From Lysobacteraceae bacterium (lineage in GTDB: Bacteria; Bdellovibrionota; UBA1018; JAGTJX01): DNA of 64,000 nt. Both the position numbers and the translations under genes were made by a program. Numbering within the stretch: position 1 is the first letter of the stretch; each line of letters begins with the position of its first letter. Positions 29,773 through 40,006 of the stretch are shown piece by piece. The stretch covers positions 460,358 through 524,357 of the forward strand of contig JAGTJX010000001.1 of the NCBI GenBank assembly GCA_023657465.1, read 5' to 3'. The notes below the pieces were generated by a model. The model was not told the DNA's origin and did not search any database. It saw nothing but the letters and a program-made list of their open reading frames with translations.

Positions 29773-30425
29773 TCACTCTTCCGTTTTTTGCAAAACGAGG
29801 CAACAAAATCATTATAGGTATTATCGCAGGAATTTTTTCCTCAATGCTTTACTTGGTTCCCAATCATCACGGTATCTTCGAGCCCACCTATCTCACGATG
29901 TCTCCGATTGATAAGTGGTTCCCTTTCATGCCTTGGACAGTGTGGATTTATTGTTCAGAATATTTTTTGATTTATTCAGCCTTTTTCTTGAGTACTAATG
30001 AACAGAATTACAATCGGTTCTTATATGCGTTTTTGTTTCTTCAAGTTTTTAGCGCGACAATTTTTATGTTTCACCCGATTACTTTCCCAAGAGAATTATT
30101 CCCACTCGTTCAGGATGGTTCTCTGACTACACGCTTTTTCACACATCTTCGAACGGTCGATGCTCCGACGAATTGTTTACCTAGTCTCCATGTGAGTAGT
30201 TGCTATCTATCTTCGTTCTTATTCATTCAAGAGAAGCGAAGACTATTTCCTATTTACTTCGGTTGGGCTTCGCTCATCGGGATTTCGACTCTAACGACCA
30301 AGCAGCATTACCTTGCTGATGTCATTGCAGGGCTTGGGTCCGCGTTATTGGTTTACTGGTTATTCTACGGTTGGAAGATTCAGTACAGGACTCCTCAGTG
30401 GCTCAGCGCTCAATCTAAGAATTAA
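29757..30425 (+). CDS. PAP2-superfamily membrane phosphatase-like protein
   Basis: Multiple TM segments; PSLHVS (PSGH-like) and KQHYLADVIAG (SRx5Hx3D-like) motifs. Confidence 0.55.
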   Translation: MAKKIITLPFFAKRGNKIIIGIIAGIFSSMLYLVPNHHGIFEPTYLTMSPIDKWFPFMPWTVWIYCSEYFLIYSAFFLSTNEQNYNRFLYAFLFLQVFSATIFMFHPITFPRELFPLVQDGSLTTRFFTHLRTVDAPTNCLPSLHVSSCYLSSFLFIQEKRRLFPIYFGWASLIGISTLTTKQHYLADVIAGLGSALLVYWLFYGWKIQYRTPQWLSAQSKN

Positions 30426-31615
30426 ACCGTCATCTTGTAGTAGATGTCTTCGAATTTCTCTGCATCAAACAAACTGAAAAGTGGTTTTAGTCCTACTTCT
30501 AGAGTTCCGATAGTTTTCTCTAGTCTCAAAGCGGCAGCAGCATTAAATGTGACCGCTGCAAAAATTTCAGCCGCACTCATGTTCATAAAAAGTGCAGAGA
30601 GTGTCATCATGAAGCGAAGTGAGAAATTATTGCAGGAACCTGGATTGAAATCAGTCGCGATTGCAACGCGCGCTCCATCATCAATCAGTCTGCGAGCTGG
30701 AGCATAAGGTGTCTTCAGGAAGAAGGCTGTGCCTGGTAGGAGTACCGCGACAGTGTTTGAGTGTGCGATTCGTCTCACAGAGGCTTCTGAAACTTTGAGT
30801 AGGTGATCGGCAGACCAAGCACCAAGATCAACTGCGAGATCAGTGGCTTCAGTATTCTGTAGCTCATCTGCGTGGACCTTGATGTCTAGTCCTAGCTCTT
30901 TAGCGCGAGAGAGGATGTATCTGGTCTCTTCAGGTGTGTAATAACCACGATCAGAGAAGACGTCACAGCAGTCTGCTAGTTTTTTCTTCGCGACCAGTGG
31001 AAGCATGACATCACAGATGTCTCGAATGTAATCTGCTCTTGGTTGATCCTTAGGGAAGTCATGAGCACCTAAGAACGTGCTGGAGAAGATCATGTCATTG
31101 AATTTCTTCTTCAGTAATTGATTCACATTGAGCTGTTTGATTTCACCTTCGATATTAAGGCCATATCCAGACTTTGACTCAATGACCTTCACTCCCGTAC
31201 TTCTTGCATACTCGACACGTTCGCAAGCAAGTTTGAAGAGCTCTGCTTCTGTTGCCTCTCTGGTGGCACGTACAGTAGACCAGATCCCGCCACCTCGTTT
31301 AGCAATCGACTCATACGATTCCCCGGCACATCTTGCTGCGAATTCTTCAGAGCGTGAACCTGCGTGTACAAGGTGAGTATGACAATCGACGAGTCCTGGG
31401 GTAACGATCTTTTTATTTTTTAGTGATTGTGCTTTTAGTTTTGCAAAACGTTTTGGCAAATCTTTTGTTTTACCGACCCAGAGAATTCTTTTTTCGTCAT
31501 AGACCATTGCACCGTCTGGAATTCTATCCATGTCATCTACCTTAGGTTGTCTGCCGAATTTTCTACGGACTCCACTTCCCGTGATGACTTCAGCTGCGTG
31601 CGTGAGAAGTTTCAA
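30422..31615 (-). CDS. hutI: Imidazolonepropionase-like amidohydrolase
   Basis: PGLVDCHTHLVHAGSR metal-binding motif, KVHADE, C-terminal ATDFNPGS, all typical of HutI; no other hut genes adjacent. Confidence 0.6.
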   Translation of the reverse strand: MKLLTHAAEVITGSGVRRKFGRQPKVDDMDRIPDGAMVYDEKRILWVGKTKDLPKRFAKLKAQSLKNKKIVTPGLVDCHTHLVHAGSRSEEFAARCAGESYESIAKRGGGIWSTVRATREATEAELFKLACERVEYARSTGVKVIESKSGYGLNIEGEIKQLNVNQLLKKKFNDMIFSSTFLGAHDFPKDQPRADYIRDICDVMLPLVAKKKLADCCDVFSDRGYYTPEETRYILSRAKELGLDIKVHADELQNTEATDLAVDLGAWSADHLLKVSEASVRRIAHSNTVAVLLPGTAFFLKTPYAPARRLIDDGARVAIATDFNPGSCNNFSLRFMMTLSALFMNMSAAEIFAAVTFNAAAALRLEKTIGTLEVGLKPLFSLFDAEKFEDIYYKMTV

Positions 31616-32250
31616 GCGTTCTTCCTATAAACAAGGAAGATCTCTCCTGCTACTTCTTCATGGCTTACAAGTTTGAGCTTCAGAATGTCCTTGGCAGAGA
31701 ATCCCTTGCCATCGACTAGAGTGGGGGCTTCTGAGCCGCCTACTAGAGAGGGAGTAAGGGTCACATGATATTCGTCAATGAGATTCTGGGAGACGAAGTC
31801 CCACATCACGCTTCCACCACCTTCGACGATGCAGGATTTAATTCCTAAACTTTTCAGATGTTTGGCTATCTGAGAAGCGATAGGCGAATCGCTATTGAGA
31901 TGAACGAGTTCACATGAAGTAGTGTAGGTATCGAGTACCTCTCGAGAAGGAGATTCAGAATAGTAGATGATGCGCTTGATTTTGTCGCTCTTGAAGAATG
32001 CCCAATCAGGATCGAATCCAGAGAGTTTGTGACTGATTATCGCATTGATGGGATGAGTGTCAGAGTCTTTTGCGAGACAAGGCCGCTTGAATGCTCGGAT
32101 AGTGGATGCACCCATAACGATTGCGCCAGTGTTTTTCCTTAAAATCTTCATTCGATTGCGATCTTCTTCTGTTCCTAAGTAGAAGTGAGACCTATCCGCA
32201 GTTGCGATTTTACCATCAAGACTGATTGCGAGATTAGAGAGTATCAGCAT
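31612..32250 (-). CDS. RibD C-terminal-domain / dihydrofolate-reductase-like protein
   Basis: LSNLAISLDGKIA N-terminal motif and GGG...EY pattern of the RibD_C family. Confidence 0.6.
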   Translation of the reverse strand: MLILSNLAISLDGKIATADRSHFYLGTEEDRNRMKILRKNTGAIVMGASTIRAFKRPCLAKDSDTHPINAIISHKLSGFDPDWAFFKSDKIKRIIYYSESPSREVLDTYTTSCELVHLNSDSPIASQIAKHLKSLGIKSCIVEGGGSVMWDFVSQNLIDEYHVTLTPSLVGGSEAPTLVDGKGFSAKDILKLKLVSHEEVAGEIFLVYRKNA

Positions 32251-32308
32251 CGATCAATAGAATAGGGGGGTTGACCCTAGGGTTCAAGAGAAGTATTTTG
32301 TTTGGAAC

Positions 32309-32863
32309 GTGTATCGATATTATCATCTCGCGTCATTCGGCGCACTGGCTTTTGATTGGAATCAATCTCACTCGTTGACTCAAGTTCAACTGATGCCAAG
32401 CACTCATGAGGGTGTGCAGGTGGTTCAAGATATTAAGAAAACTCCGCATTTTATTCATAATCTCGTTCTTGATCTTCAGCATTATTTTGAGAGCGGAGAA
32501 CCATTGAAGAATATTCCTTGGGATCAAATGGACTGGGGAACGATCACACCCTTCCAGCAGCAGGTGCTGAAAGCGGTGACTCAAATTCCTCATGGACAGA
32601 CTAGAACTTATGCGTGGGTTGCAGTGAAGATCGCAAAACCTACGGCTTTAAGAGCTGTAGGACAGGCCTTGCGACGCAATCCATTTCCAATACTCATCCC
32701 ATGCCACAGAATTGTAGGAGCAAGCGGTGCTCTTGTAGGATTCATGGGTGAGAAAGAAGACACGGCCAAAGGTATAACCAACTCTCCCGCGCTCAATCTG
32801 AAGTCTCTTCTTATTAATACTGAGCACCAGTATCTCAATCCTGTTTTTTCTTTTTTGGCATAA
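32309..32863 (+). CDS. ogt: Methylated-DNA--protein-cysteine methyltransferase
   Basis: Active-site IPCHRIV and the preceding helix-turn-helix ...ALRAVGQALRRNPFPILIP. Confidence 0.85.
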   Translation: MYRYYHLASFGALAFDWNQSHSLTQVQLMPSTHEGVQVVQDIKKTPHFIHNLVLDLQHYFESGEPLKNIPWDQMDWGTITPFQQQVLKAVTQIPHGQTRTYAWVAVKIAKPTALRAVGQALRRNPFPILIPCHRIVGASGALVGFMGEKEDTAKGITNSPALNLKSLLINTEHQYLNPVFSFLA

Positions 32864-33482
32864 CGCCATTTAGAATTGAGCATATTTGACAGGTGTTACC
32901 GTTACAGCCACGAGCAGTGCAGTGCTCGCGACCATAATAAATAATCTGTAAATGAAGCTTGATCCATGTGGATTCAGGGAAAAGTTTTTTAAGATCTCGC
33001 TCGGTTTCAGTGACTGATTTGCCGCTAGAGAGTTTCCATCTTTTGGCTAGCCTATGAATATGAGTATCTACAGGGAATGCTGGAATTCCGAATCCTTGAA
33101 TCATGACGACGCTTGCCGTTTTGTGTCCCACTCCTGGAAGCTCTTCTAGTTCCTCAAGAGTACGCGGGACTTCGCCTCCATGCTTCTCAACAAGAATTTT
33201 TGAGAGTCCCACGATCGCCTTTGCTTTCTGTGGGGCAAGTCCGCAGGTACGGATGATTTCTAATATTTCCTTCTCATTGAGGTTCATCATCTTCGCTGGG
33301 GTGTTAGCTCGACGGAAAAGCTCTGGAGTAACGATGTTCACACGCTTATCAGTAGTCTGAGCAGAGAGGAGAACCGATACTACGAGCTCGAAGTTGGAAG
33401 TGAAATCAAGAGCTGGTTTTGGATTTGGATAGAGTCGACTGAGTGACTTGAGTACAAACTCTGCACGTTCCTGTTTCGTCAT
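32835..33482 (-). CDS. nth: Endonuclease III
   Basis: HhH-GPD LPGVGHKTA, catalytic Lys/Asp region, C-terminal 4Fe-4S cluster Cx6Cx2Cx5C. Confidence 0.9.
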   Translation of the reverse strand: MTKQERAEFVLKSLSRLYPNPKPALDFTSNFELVVSVLLSAQTTDKRVNIVTPELFRRANTPAKMMNLNEKEILEIIRTCGLAPQKAKAIVGLSKILVEKHGGEVPRTLEELEELPGVGHKTASVVMIQGFGIPAFPVDTHIHRLAKRWKLSSGKSVTETERDLKKLFPESTWIKLHLQIIYYGREHCTARGCNGNTCQICSILNGVMPKKKKQD

Positions 33483-34585
33483 TGTTGATTCGCGCGCTTA
33501 GACTTATCTAGATCACGCCAACTCTTACCATCTCGTGCACCCTTATTGATCTGGAATTTTACGACAGCGTTCTGGTGATCCTTAAACGTTTTTGTGAACT
33601 CATGAGTTCCATCATTGTGCGAAACGAAGAATAAAAATTCACTTGTCGCAGGATTAAGCGCAGCCTTTATGGCTTCAATGCCAGGATTGGAGATAGGTCC
33701 AATAGGCAAGGCTGCTACGACATAAGTGTTGTACGGAGTTTTAGACATCAGGTCTTTTTTGTGGATGTTTCCTGAGTAGTTCTCCCAGAGACCATAAATG
33801 GTTGTGGGGTCACTCTGAAGCTTCATGTGTTGACGGAGTCGATTATGAAACACAGAGCTGATCATCGGACGCTCAGATGCTGCTCCGGTTTCTTTCTCTA
33901 TCACTGAAGCTAAAGTCACTACTTGATGAGGTGTGAGCTTGAGTTCACGAGCACGGGTGTCGAATTCTTTCTTCCAATGATTATGAAAGGTTTTCACCAT
34001 TTGAGATAGGATCTGCTCTACGGTAATTGTCTTATTAAGGAAGTAAGATTCTGGATAGAGGTAGCCTTCAAGTGTAGGGGGGAGTGGATCATTGAAACCC
34101 ATGCGCCTGATGAATGCAGGGTCACGGCAGAGATCGAGGACTTCTTGCGCATCGCCGAATCCCTTTTCACTGATCTTCTCTGCAACCTGATACATGTTGT
34201 CACCCTCGGGGATGGTGAGAGTTTTCATTACACTGATTCCAGAGGTGAGGATGTTGAGGATCTCTAGAGTCGTCATCTTTGGGCTCACTTCGTATTCACC
34301 CATTTTGAGTTTGCCCCAATAGCCTAAAATCTTGCCAGTCCAGTAGAAGCGGCTCGCACTTGAGATCATTTTTTCAGTTTCGAGTTTTTTTACAATTTCG
34401 AGGGGTTTAGTACCCTTCGCAACCTCAATAATTGCAGTCGTTGTGGAGTTTTTATCCTTAGACTCGTGAGTGTAGGAGTAGCCCAAAACACCTAAAAGCA
34501 GGAGGAGGCCCAGTCCAACAGAAGTGATCAATACAGGTAGAGAGCGATTCATATCTAAGCTGTTTTTAAATTGTACTCCGCTCAA
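33479..34585 (-). CDS. mltG: Endolytic murein transglycosylase MltG (YceG-like)
   Basis: N-terminal TM anchor; YceG signature LEGYLYPESY and catalytic Glu region. Confidence 0.85.
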   Translation of the reverse strand: MSGVQFKNSLDMNRSLPVLITSVGLGLLLLLGVLGYSYTHESKDKNSTTTAIIEVAKGTKPLEIVKKLETEKMISSASRFYWTGKILGYWGKLKMGEYEVSPKMTTLEILNILTSGISVMKTLTIPEGDNMYQVAEKISEKGFGDAQEVLDLCRDPAFIRRMGFNDPLPPTLEGYLYPESYFLNKTITVEQILSQMVKTFHNHWKKEFDTRARELKLTPHQVVTLASVIEKETGAASERPMISSVFHNRLRQHMKLQSDPTTIYGLWENYSGNIHKKDLMSKTPYNTYVVAALPIGPISNPGIEAIKAALNPATSEFLFFVSHNDGTHEFTKTFKDHQNAVVKFQINKGARDGKSWRDLDKSKRANQQ

Positions 34586-34703
34586 GCACTCTTGACTTCA
34601 AGAATACGGTTTGGTACCTAAAAATGATCCATTAAGTAAGAAAGTTGGGGATCTCCCCCAGTCAAAATTTAAACACCCAAAAACTATTCAAATAAGGAAA
34701 CCC

Positions 34704-35951
34704 ATGCATTTAAAGGAACTCAAAGAAAAGAAGATCAATGACTTAGTCGATATGGCTAAGGAGCTCGGAATCGAGAATGCGGGTAACCTCCGCAAGCAGG
34801 ATCTGATTTTTGCTATTCTTCAGAAGAAGGCAGAAAAAGATGACCATATTTTCGCAGACGGTGTTTTGGAGTGTCTTCCCGATGGATTCGGATTCTTAAG
34901 AGCTCCAGACTACAATTATCTCCCAGGTCCAGACGATGTTTACGTCTCTCCTTCTCAGATTCGTAGATTTGGTCTTCGTACCGGCGATACAGTCAGCGGT
35001 TCAGTGCGCCCTCCGAAAGATGGCGAGAGATACTTCGCTCTACTCAAGGTCGAGCAAGTCAATTTTCAACAAGCTGAGCTCAATACCGAAAAAGTTTTAT
35101 TCGATAACTTGACTCCACTTTATCCAAACAAGAAACTCAACCTTGAGTTTCATCCGACTAACTACAGCACACGTATCATCGATATGATGGTACCGCTTGG
35201 CATGGGTCAACGCTGCTTAATCGTTGCTCCACCACGTGCAGGTAAGACGGTTCTGTTACAAGATTTAGCAAACGCGATCACTACTTCTCATCCTGCGATC
35301 AAGCTCATTGTTCTTCTGATCGATGAACGTCCAGAGGAAGTCACTGATATGCTTCGTTCCGTTAAGGGTGAAGTTGTCAGCTCTACTTTCGATGAACAAG
35401 CATCACGTCACGTTCAAGTTGCTGAGATGGTTCTTGAGAAAGCAAAACGTCTCGTAGAAAACAAATACGATGTCGTCATTCTTCTCGACTCCATCACTCG
35501 TCTCGCACGTGCTTACAACTCAGTGGTTCCACCTTCAGGCAAGATTCTCTCAGGCGGTGTGGACTCCAATGCACTTCATAAACCGAAGCGTTTCTTCGGT
35601 GCTGCTAGAAATATTGAAGAGGGTGGATCTCTCACGATCATTGCTACCTCACTCATCGATACTGGATCCAGAATGGACGAAGTTATTTTCGAAGAGTTCA
35701 AGGGTACCGGTAATTCAGAGATTCACCTTGATCGCAAACTCATGGAGAAACGTGTTTTCCCATGTTTGGACATCAATAAATCAGCAACTCGTAAAGAAGA
35801 CCTTCTCATTCCAAAAGAAGTCCTCAATCGTCTTTGGATTTTGAGAAAAGTTCTTCACCCGATGAGTACTACGGATGCGATGGATTTCTTGTTGGATAAA
35901 GTGTCTCACTCTAAAACCAACGAAGATTTCATCAAGTCCATGAGTGGCTAA
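34704..35951 (+). CDS. rho: Transcription termination factor Rho
   Basis: N-terminal [25 protein letters not shown]-binding domain, Walker [10 protein letters not shown] loops; RBS aaggaaaccc upstream of ATG 34704. Confidence 0.95.
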   Translation: MHLKELKEKKINDLVDMAKELGIENAGNLRKQDLIFAILQKKAEKDDHIFADGVLECLPDGFGFLRAPDYNYLPGPDDVYVSPSQIRRFGLRTGDTVSGSVRPPKDGERYFALLKVEQVNFQQAELNTEKVLFDNLTPLYPNKKLNLEFHPTNYSTRIIDMMVPLGMGQRCLIVAPPRAGKTVLLQDLANAITTSHPAIKLIVLLIDERPEEVTDMLRSVKGEVVSSTFDEQASRHVQVAEMVLEKAKRLVENKYDVVILLDSITRLARAYNSVVPPSGKILSGGVDSNALHKPKRFFGAARNIEEGGSLTIIATSLIDTGSRMDEVIFEEFKGTGNSEIHLDRKLMEKRVFPCLDINKSATRKEDLLIPKEVLNRLWILRKVLHPMSTTDAMDFLLDKVSHSKTNEDFIKSMSG

Positions 35952-37021
35952 TGTTTGATAAGCTTGCAGAAGTTGAACAGAAATTCGTACAGCTAGAAGG
36001 TCGTCTTGGCGATCCTGATCTAGCTAATAATCCGGATGAATTTCGTAGACTCTCACGCGAGCACTCAAGCCTCATTGAAGTTGTTGCTGAATATAAGAAG
36101 TATAAGCAGCTCAAAAAAGAAATCGAATCCAATAAAGAACTCATTTTTGATGCTGAGTTTAGCTCTATCGCTAAAGAAGAATTAAAAACTCTCGAGCCCG
36201 CACTATTAGAAGTAGAGGCAAAGTTACAAGTTCTCCTCCTTCCTCAAGATCCGAATGACGGAAAGAATATTATTCTCGAACTTCGAGCGGGAGCAGGGGG
36301 AGAAGAAGCGGGTTTATTCGTCGCCGCTCTTTATCGCGCTTATCAGAGATATGCTGAGAGACAAGGCTGGAAAGTTGAAGTCCTCTCATCGAATCCTACA
36401 GGCATGGGTGGTCTGCGCGAGATCATTTCTCAAATCGAAGGCAATAGAGTTTACGCTAAACTAAAATTTGAAGGTGGAGTACACCGAGTTCAGCGTGTAC
36501 CTGAGACCGAAGCACAAGGTCGAGTTCATACTTCGACTATTACTGTAGCGGTACTTCCAGAAGCTGAAGAAGTTGATGTCACTATTAATCCAGCAGAACT
36601 TCGGATTGATGTGTTTAGATCCGGCGGAGCAGGTGGACAGGGAGTTAATACTACTGACTCAGCTGTGAGGATCACGCACTTACCTACAAATACAGTAGTG
36701 GTATGCCAAGACGAGCGCTCACAACTAAAGAATAAGGCCAAAGCTATGAAGATCTTGCGATCACGTATTCTTGAAGTTGCTCAAGAGAAGGCAGCTAAGG
36801 AGCATTCCGATGCAAGACGCTCTATGGTTGGAACAGGTGATCGCAGTGAACGAATCAGGACATACAACTTTCCTCAAAGTCGAATGACCGATCACCGCAT
36901 AGGACTCACACTTCATCAACTTCCAGAAATCATGGAAGGTAAGCTTGAACCTGTGATCGACGCACTTACCAATCATCATCAAATCGAAGCCCTCAAGGCT
37001 CAAGGACTTCATTCTCAGTGA
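35951..37021 (+). CDS. prfA: Peptide chain release factor 1
   Basis: PxT-type recognition region and GGQ motif (GGQGVNTTDSAVRITH); TAATG overlap with the rho stop. Confidence 0.95.
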   Translation: MFDKLAEVEQKFVQLEGRLGDPDLANNPDEFRRLSREHSSLIEVVAEYKKYKQLKKEIESNKELIFDAEFSSIAKEELKTLEPALLEVEAKLQVLLLPQDPNDGKNIILELRAGAGGEEAGLFVAALYRAYQRYAERQGWKVEVLSSNPTGMGGLREIISQIEGNRVYAKLKFEGGVHRVQRVPETEAQGRVHTSTITVAVLPEAEEVDVTINPAELRIDVFRSGGAGGQGVNTTDSAVRITHLPTNTVVVCQDERSQLKNKAKAMKILRSRILEVAQEKAAKEHSDARRSMVGTGDRSERIRTYNFPQSRMTDHRIGLTLHQLPEIMEGKLEPVIDALTNHHQIEALKAQGLHSQ

Positions 37022-37860
37022 AGGTTTCAGATTTACTCTTTACTCTCTCCGAAATCATCAAAGTTTCGGCTGAGCAAGAACAGATCATCGAATGGGCACT
37101 CTTACAATCTACAGGGCGTACTTGGAAGCGCTCCGAGTGGATGATGAGCTCAGATCAAAATGTTTCAGAAGTTTATTCTGACCAAGCGATCATTCTAGCA
37201 AAACGTAGAGCGGAAGGGTTTCCGCTTCAATACCTCACTCATGAGCAATCCTTTTACGGAAGATCGTTCTATGTTGAAGAAGGTGTTTTAGTACCTAGAC
37301 CAGAAACTGAAATATTAGTGGATGAAGTACTGAAGAGACTTAAGGCTCGAAGCGAAGAAAAACTTTTAGGGTTCGAATTGGGCTTAGGTGCAGGCCCCAT
37401 TGCAATTACACTTCTCACGGAGATTCCCGAACTCAGAATGATTGGGACTGAACTAAGTGAAATCGCTATTAGAGTGACAAATATTAATAGTGACAAACAT
37501 CTGAAAGATCCCTCACGTTTAGAAATAGTAAGTGAGATTCAAAATAAGATATTTAACTTTATTGTTTCTAATCCACCTTACCTCGACCGATCGAAGCATG
37601 AGGTAGACGCTGATGTTGCAAAATATGAACCTTCGACAGCCCTCTTTGCACCAGAGAATGATCCGCTGTATTTTTATAAGCACTTAAGAGATCTATCAAT
37701 CAAAAACCTTAAACGTGGTGGTTTTTTGGCAATTGAAATCCCTCACGATAGGGTAGAGGCCGTGTCTCAATTATTTTCGGACCGCAAGTGGTCTATGCTC
37801 AAGATTATTCCTGATCTCAACTCGCGTCCCAGAGTTCTTGTGGTAACATTGAGCTCATAG
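37018..37860 (+). CDS. prmC: Release factor glutamine N5-methyltransferase
   Basis: SAM fold GLGAGPIAI and NPPY motif; ATGA-type overlap with prfA. Confidence 0.85.
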   Translation: MKVSDLLFTLSEIIKVSAEQEQIIEWALLQSTGRTWKRSEWMMSSDQNVSEVYSDQAIILAKRRAEGFPLQYLTHEQSFYGRSFYVEEGVLVPRPETEILVDEVLKRLKARSEEKLLGFELGLGAGPIAITLLTEIPELRMIGTELSEIAIRVTNINSDKHLKDPSRLEIVSEIQNKIFNFIVSNPPYLDRSKHEVDADVAKYEPSTALFAPENDPLYFYKHLRDLSIKNLKRGGFLAIEIPHDRVEAVSQLFSDRKWSMLKIIPDLNSRPRVLVVTLSS

Positions 37861-37863
37861 ACT

Positions 37864-39117
37864 ATGGACAAGATCTGGATCAAAGGTGGTAAGAAACTAA
37901 ACGGCACTGTGAAAGTGAGTGGCTCTAAGAACGCTGCTCTTCCAATTTTATTTTCTTCTTTGCTCACAGATAAAAAATCTACTTTCTCAAACGTTCCAGA
38001 CCTTCAAGACATTCGTTTTACGATGAAAATTTTAGAAACTCTCGATGTTCATACTGAGTCATATGAAAATAATAAGTTAATACTCAAGGGGGCAACTAAT
38101 GGATCTAAGGAAGCTACCTATGATCTTGTAAGGAAAATGCGTGCCTCAGTCCTTGCTCTTGGACCGCTCGTTGCTCGTTATGGTTATGGCAAAGTCAGTC
38201 TTCCTGGCGGCTGTGCGATTGGAGCCCGCCCCATTAACTTTCATCTTATGGGATTGCAGAAGTTGGGTGCAGAGATTGATCTACAAGACGGCTATGTTAT
38301 TGCAAGTTGCAAAAAACTAAAAGGTACAAGAATTGTTTTTGATTTTCCAAGTGTCGGAGCAACTGAGAATCTCATGATGGCTGCGGTTCTCGCTCAAGGT
38401 GAGACTGTGCTTGAGAACGTAGCAAGAGAACCGGAAATCGTAGATCTTGCAAAGTCACTCAGGTCAATGGGTGCAAAAATCGAAGGAGAGGGTCACGAAA
38501 CCATCCTCATTCAAGGTGTAAACTCACTGTGTGGTGCCAGCCATTCAGTCATGGGTGATCGTATTGAGGCAGGTACTTACCTCATTGCAGGTCTCATTAC
38601 TGGTGGTAAAGTCACAACCGAAGGGTTAGAGCGTGAGCAACTGGACGCAGTTTTAGAAAAATTAAAAGAAATGGGTGCGCAAGTCGAAAGCAGCGAAGAT
38701 AGATTAACTGTTTCAGCCAAACTACCTCTACGTTCAATCGACTTTCAAACTCAACCCTTTCCAGGTTTTCCTACTGATATGCAAGCACAGCTCATGGCGC
38801 TACTTTGTACGACAGAAGGATCATCGACAGTGACTGAGACGATTTTTGAGAATAGATTCATGCACGTACCTGAATTACAACGAATGGGTGCAGACATCTC
38901 CACTCGTGGAAATATTGCGGTTGTGAAGGGCGTAGATATGCTCAAAGGTGCTCAGGTCATGGCCACGGATCTAAGGGCAAGTGCTTGTTTGATTTTAGCA
39001 GCACTGAGAGCTGAGGGAGAAACTACCGTTCATCGTGTTTATCACTTAGATCGTGGCTATGAAAAACTAGAAGAAAAATTCAAAAAAATTGGTGCTGATA
39101 TTTACCGCATTGAGTGA
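37864..39117 (+). CDS. murA: UDP-N-acetylglucosamine 1-carboxyvinyltransferase
   Basis: MDKIWIKGGKKLNGTVKVSGSKNAALPIL N-terminus, active-site Cys (PGGCAIGARP), EPSP-synthase fold length. Confidence 0.95.
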   Translation: MDKIWIKGGKKLNGTVKVSGSKNAALPILFSSLLTDKKSTFSNVPDLQDIRFTMKILETLDVHTESYENNKLILKGATNGSKEATYDLVRKMRASVLALGPLVARYGYGKVSLPGGCAIGARPINFHLMGLQKLGAEIDLQDGYVIASCKKLKGTRIVFDFPSVGATENLMMAAVLAQGETVLENVAREPEIVDLAKSLRSMGAKIEGEGHETILIQGVNSLCGASHSVMGDRIEAGTYLIAGLITGGKVTTEGLEREQLDAVLEKLKEMGAQVESSEDRLTVSAKLPLRSIDFQTQPFPGFPTDMQAQLMALLCTTEGSSTVTETIFENRFMHVPELQRMGADISTRGNIAVVKGVDMLKGAQVMATDLRASACLILAALRAEGETTVHRVYHLDRGYEKLEEKFKKIGADIYRIE

Positions 39118-39123
39118 GATCAA

Positions 39124-39474
39124 ATGAGTGCATGTATCTTTTGTAAAATACTAAAAAAAGAAATTCCTTCTCAGATTCTTTTTGAAAACGAGAACGTTTT
39201 TGCAATCAGGGATATTCAACCTCAGTCTAAGGAACATGTGCTTATAATTCCAAAGAAACACTACTCTACTCTTCATGAAGCAGAGAGCTATGGTGAACTT
39301 GAGAATCTGTCAAAATTTTGGTTAAGTGCTGCGCTTGAAGTATCAAAACAGCTTAAAATAGACTTTTCTGGTTATAGGCTCGTTATAAATCAGGGTGAGA
39401 ACGGTGGACAGACAGTTTTCCACTTACACCTTCATCTTCTTGGTGGGGAACGCTTGTCAGGCAAATTCGTGTAA
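39124..39474 (+). CDS. HIT-family (histidine triad) protein
   Basis: HxHxHxx motif HLHLHLLGG; 116 aa. Confidence 0.9.
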   Translation: MSACIFCKILKKEIPSQILFENENVFAIRDIQPQSKEHVLIIPKKHYSTLHEAESYGELENLSKFWLSAALEVSKQLKIDFSGYRLVINQGENGGQTVFHLHLHLLGGERLSGKFV

Positions 39475-39493
39475 TGTAATCTATTGATTAGCG

Positions 39494-40006
39494 ATGAAAA
39501 AAGCCCGTTTCTTAATTCTATCAACAATCATTACAGTCATTAGCTCGGCGTGTGGATCGGGTAGCACTTGCACTAAAGTAACGATCCCAACCCTTACTAT
39601 CAAGTGTAACAACTCTAGTCTTCCTTGTAGTGCTGGTGGATATCTCTCGTCGTCGTCACCTTATTACGTTTTGGGTGCTTATATTATTACAGGAACCACT
39701 TGCAATTCTACTACGATGCAATCCACTAAAGCATCTGCTTCTGGTGGCAATATTCTTACGAGCGATGCATCTGTTTATGATGGAACGAATTATTCTCTCC
39801 AAGTAGGAACTGCGACAGCAGGTTTCGTGGATTCAAAAGGTGCTTCAGTCACCACGCTTTGTACTGGGACTTACACAGTCTGCGCATACTATGGTTCTGT
39901 TACCGGATCATCTCTCTTTGTCACTTACTTCCAGAAACTAGGATCTTTCAGCCTAGCAAGTCCATCTTCGACAACGATTGGACCCACAGGTTGGACTGCA
40001 CTTTAA
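39494..40006 (+). CDS. Ser/Thr/Cys-rich lipoprotein (hypothetical)
   Basis: Lipobox ISSAC after a signal peptide; low-complexity S/T/G-rich sequence with several Cys. Confidence 0.4.
   Translation: MKKARFLILSTIITVISSACGSGSTCTKVTIPTLTIKCNNSSLPCSAGGYLSSSSPYYVLGAYIITGTTCNSTTMQSTKASASGGNILTSDASVYDGTNYSLQVGTATAGFVDSKGASVTTLCTGTYTVCAYYGSVTGSSLFVTYFQKLGSFSLASPSSTTIGPTGWTAL

Noticed and set aside
30422-31615. Considered calling a histidine-utilisation (hut) operon.
   Set aside because: Only a HutI-like amidohydrolase is present. No hutH, hutU or hutG is adjacent, so it is reported as HutI-like only.
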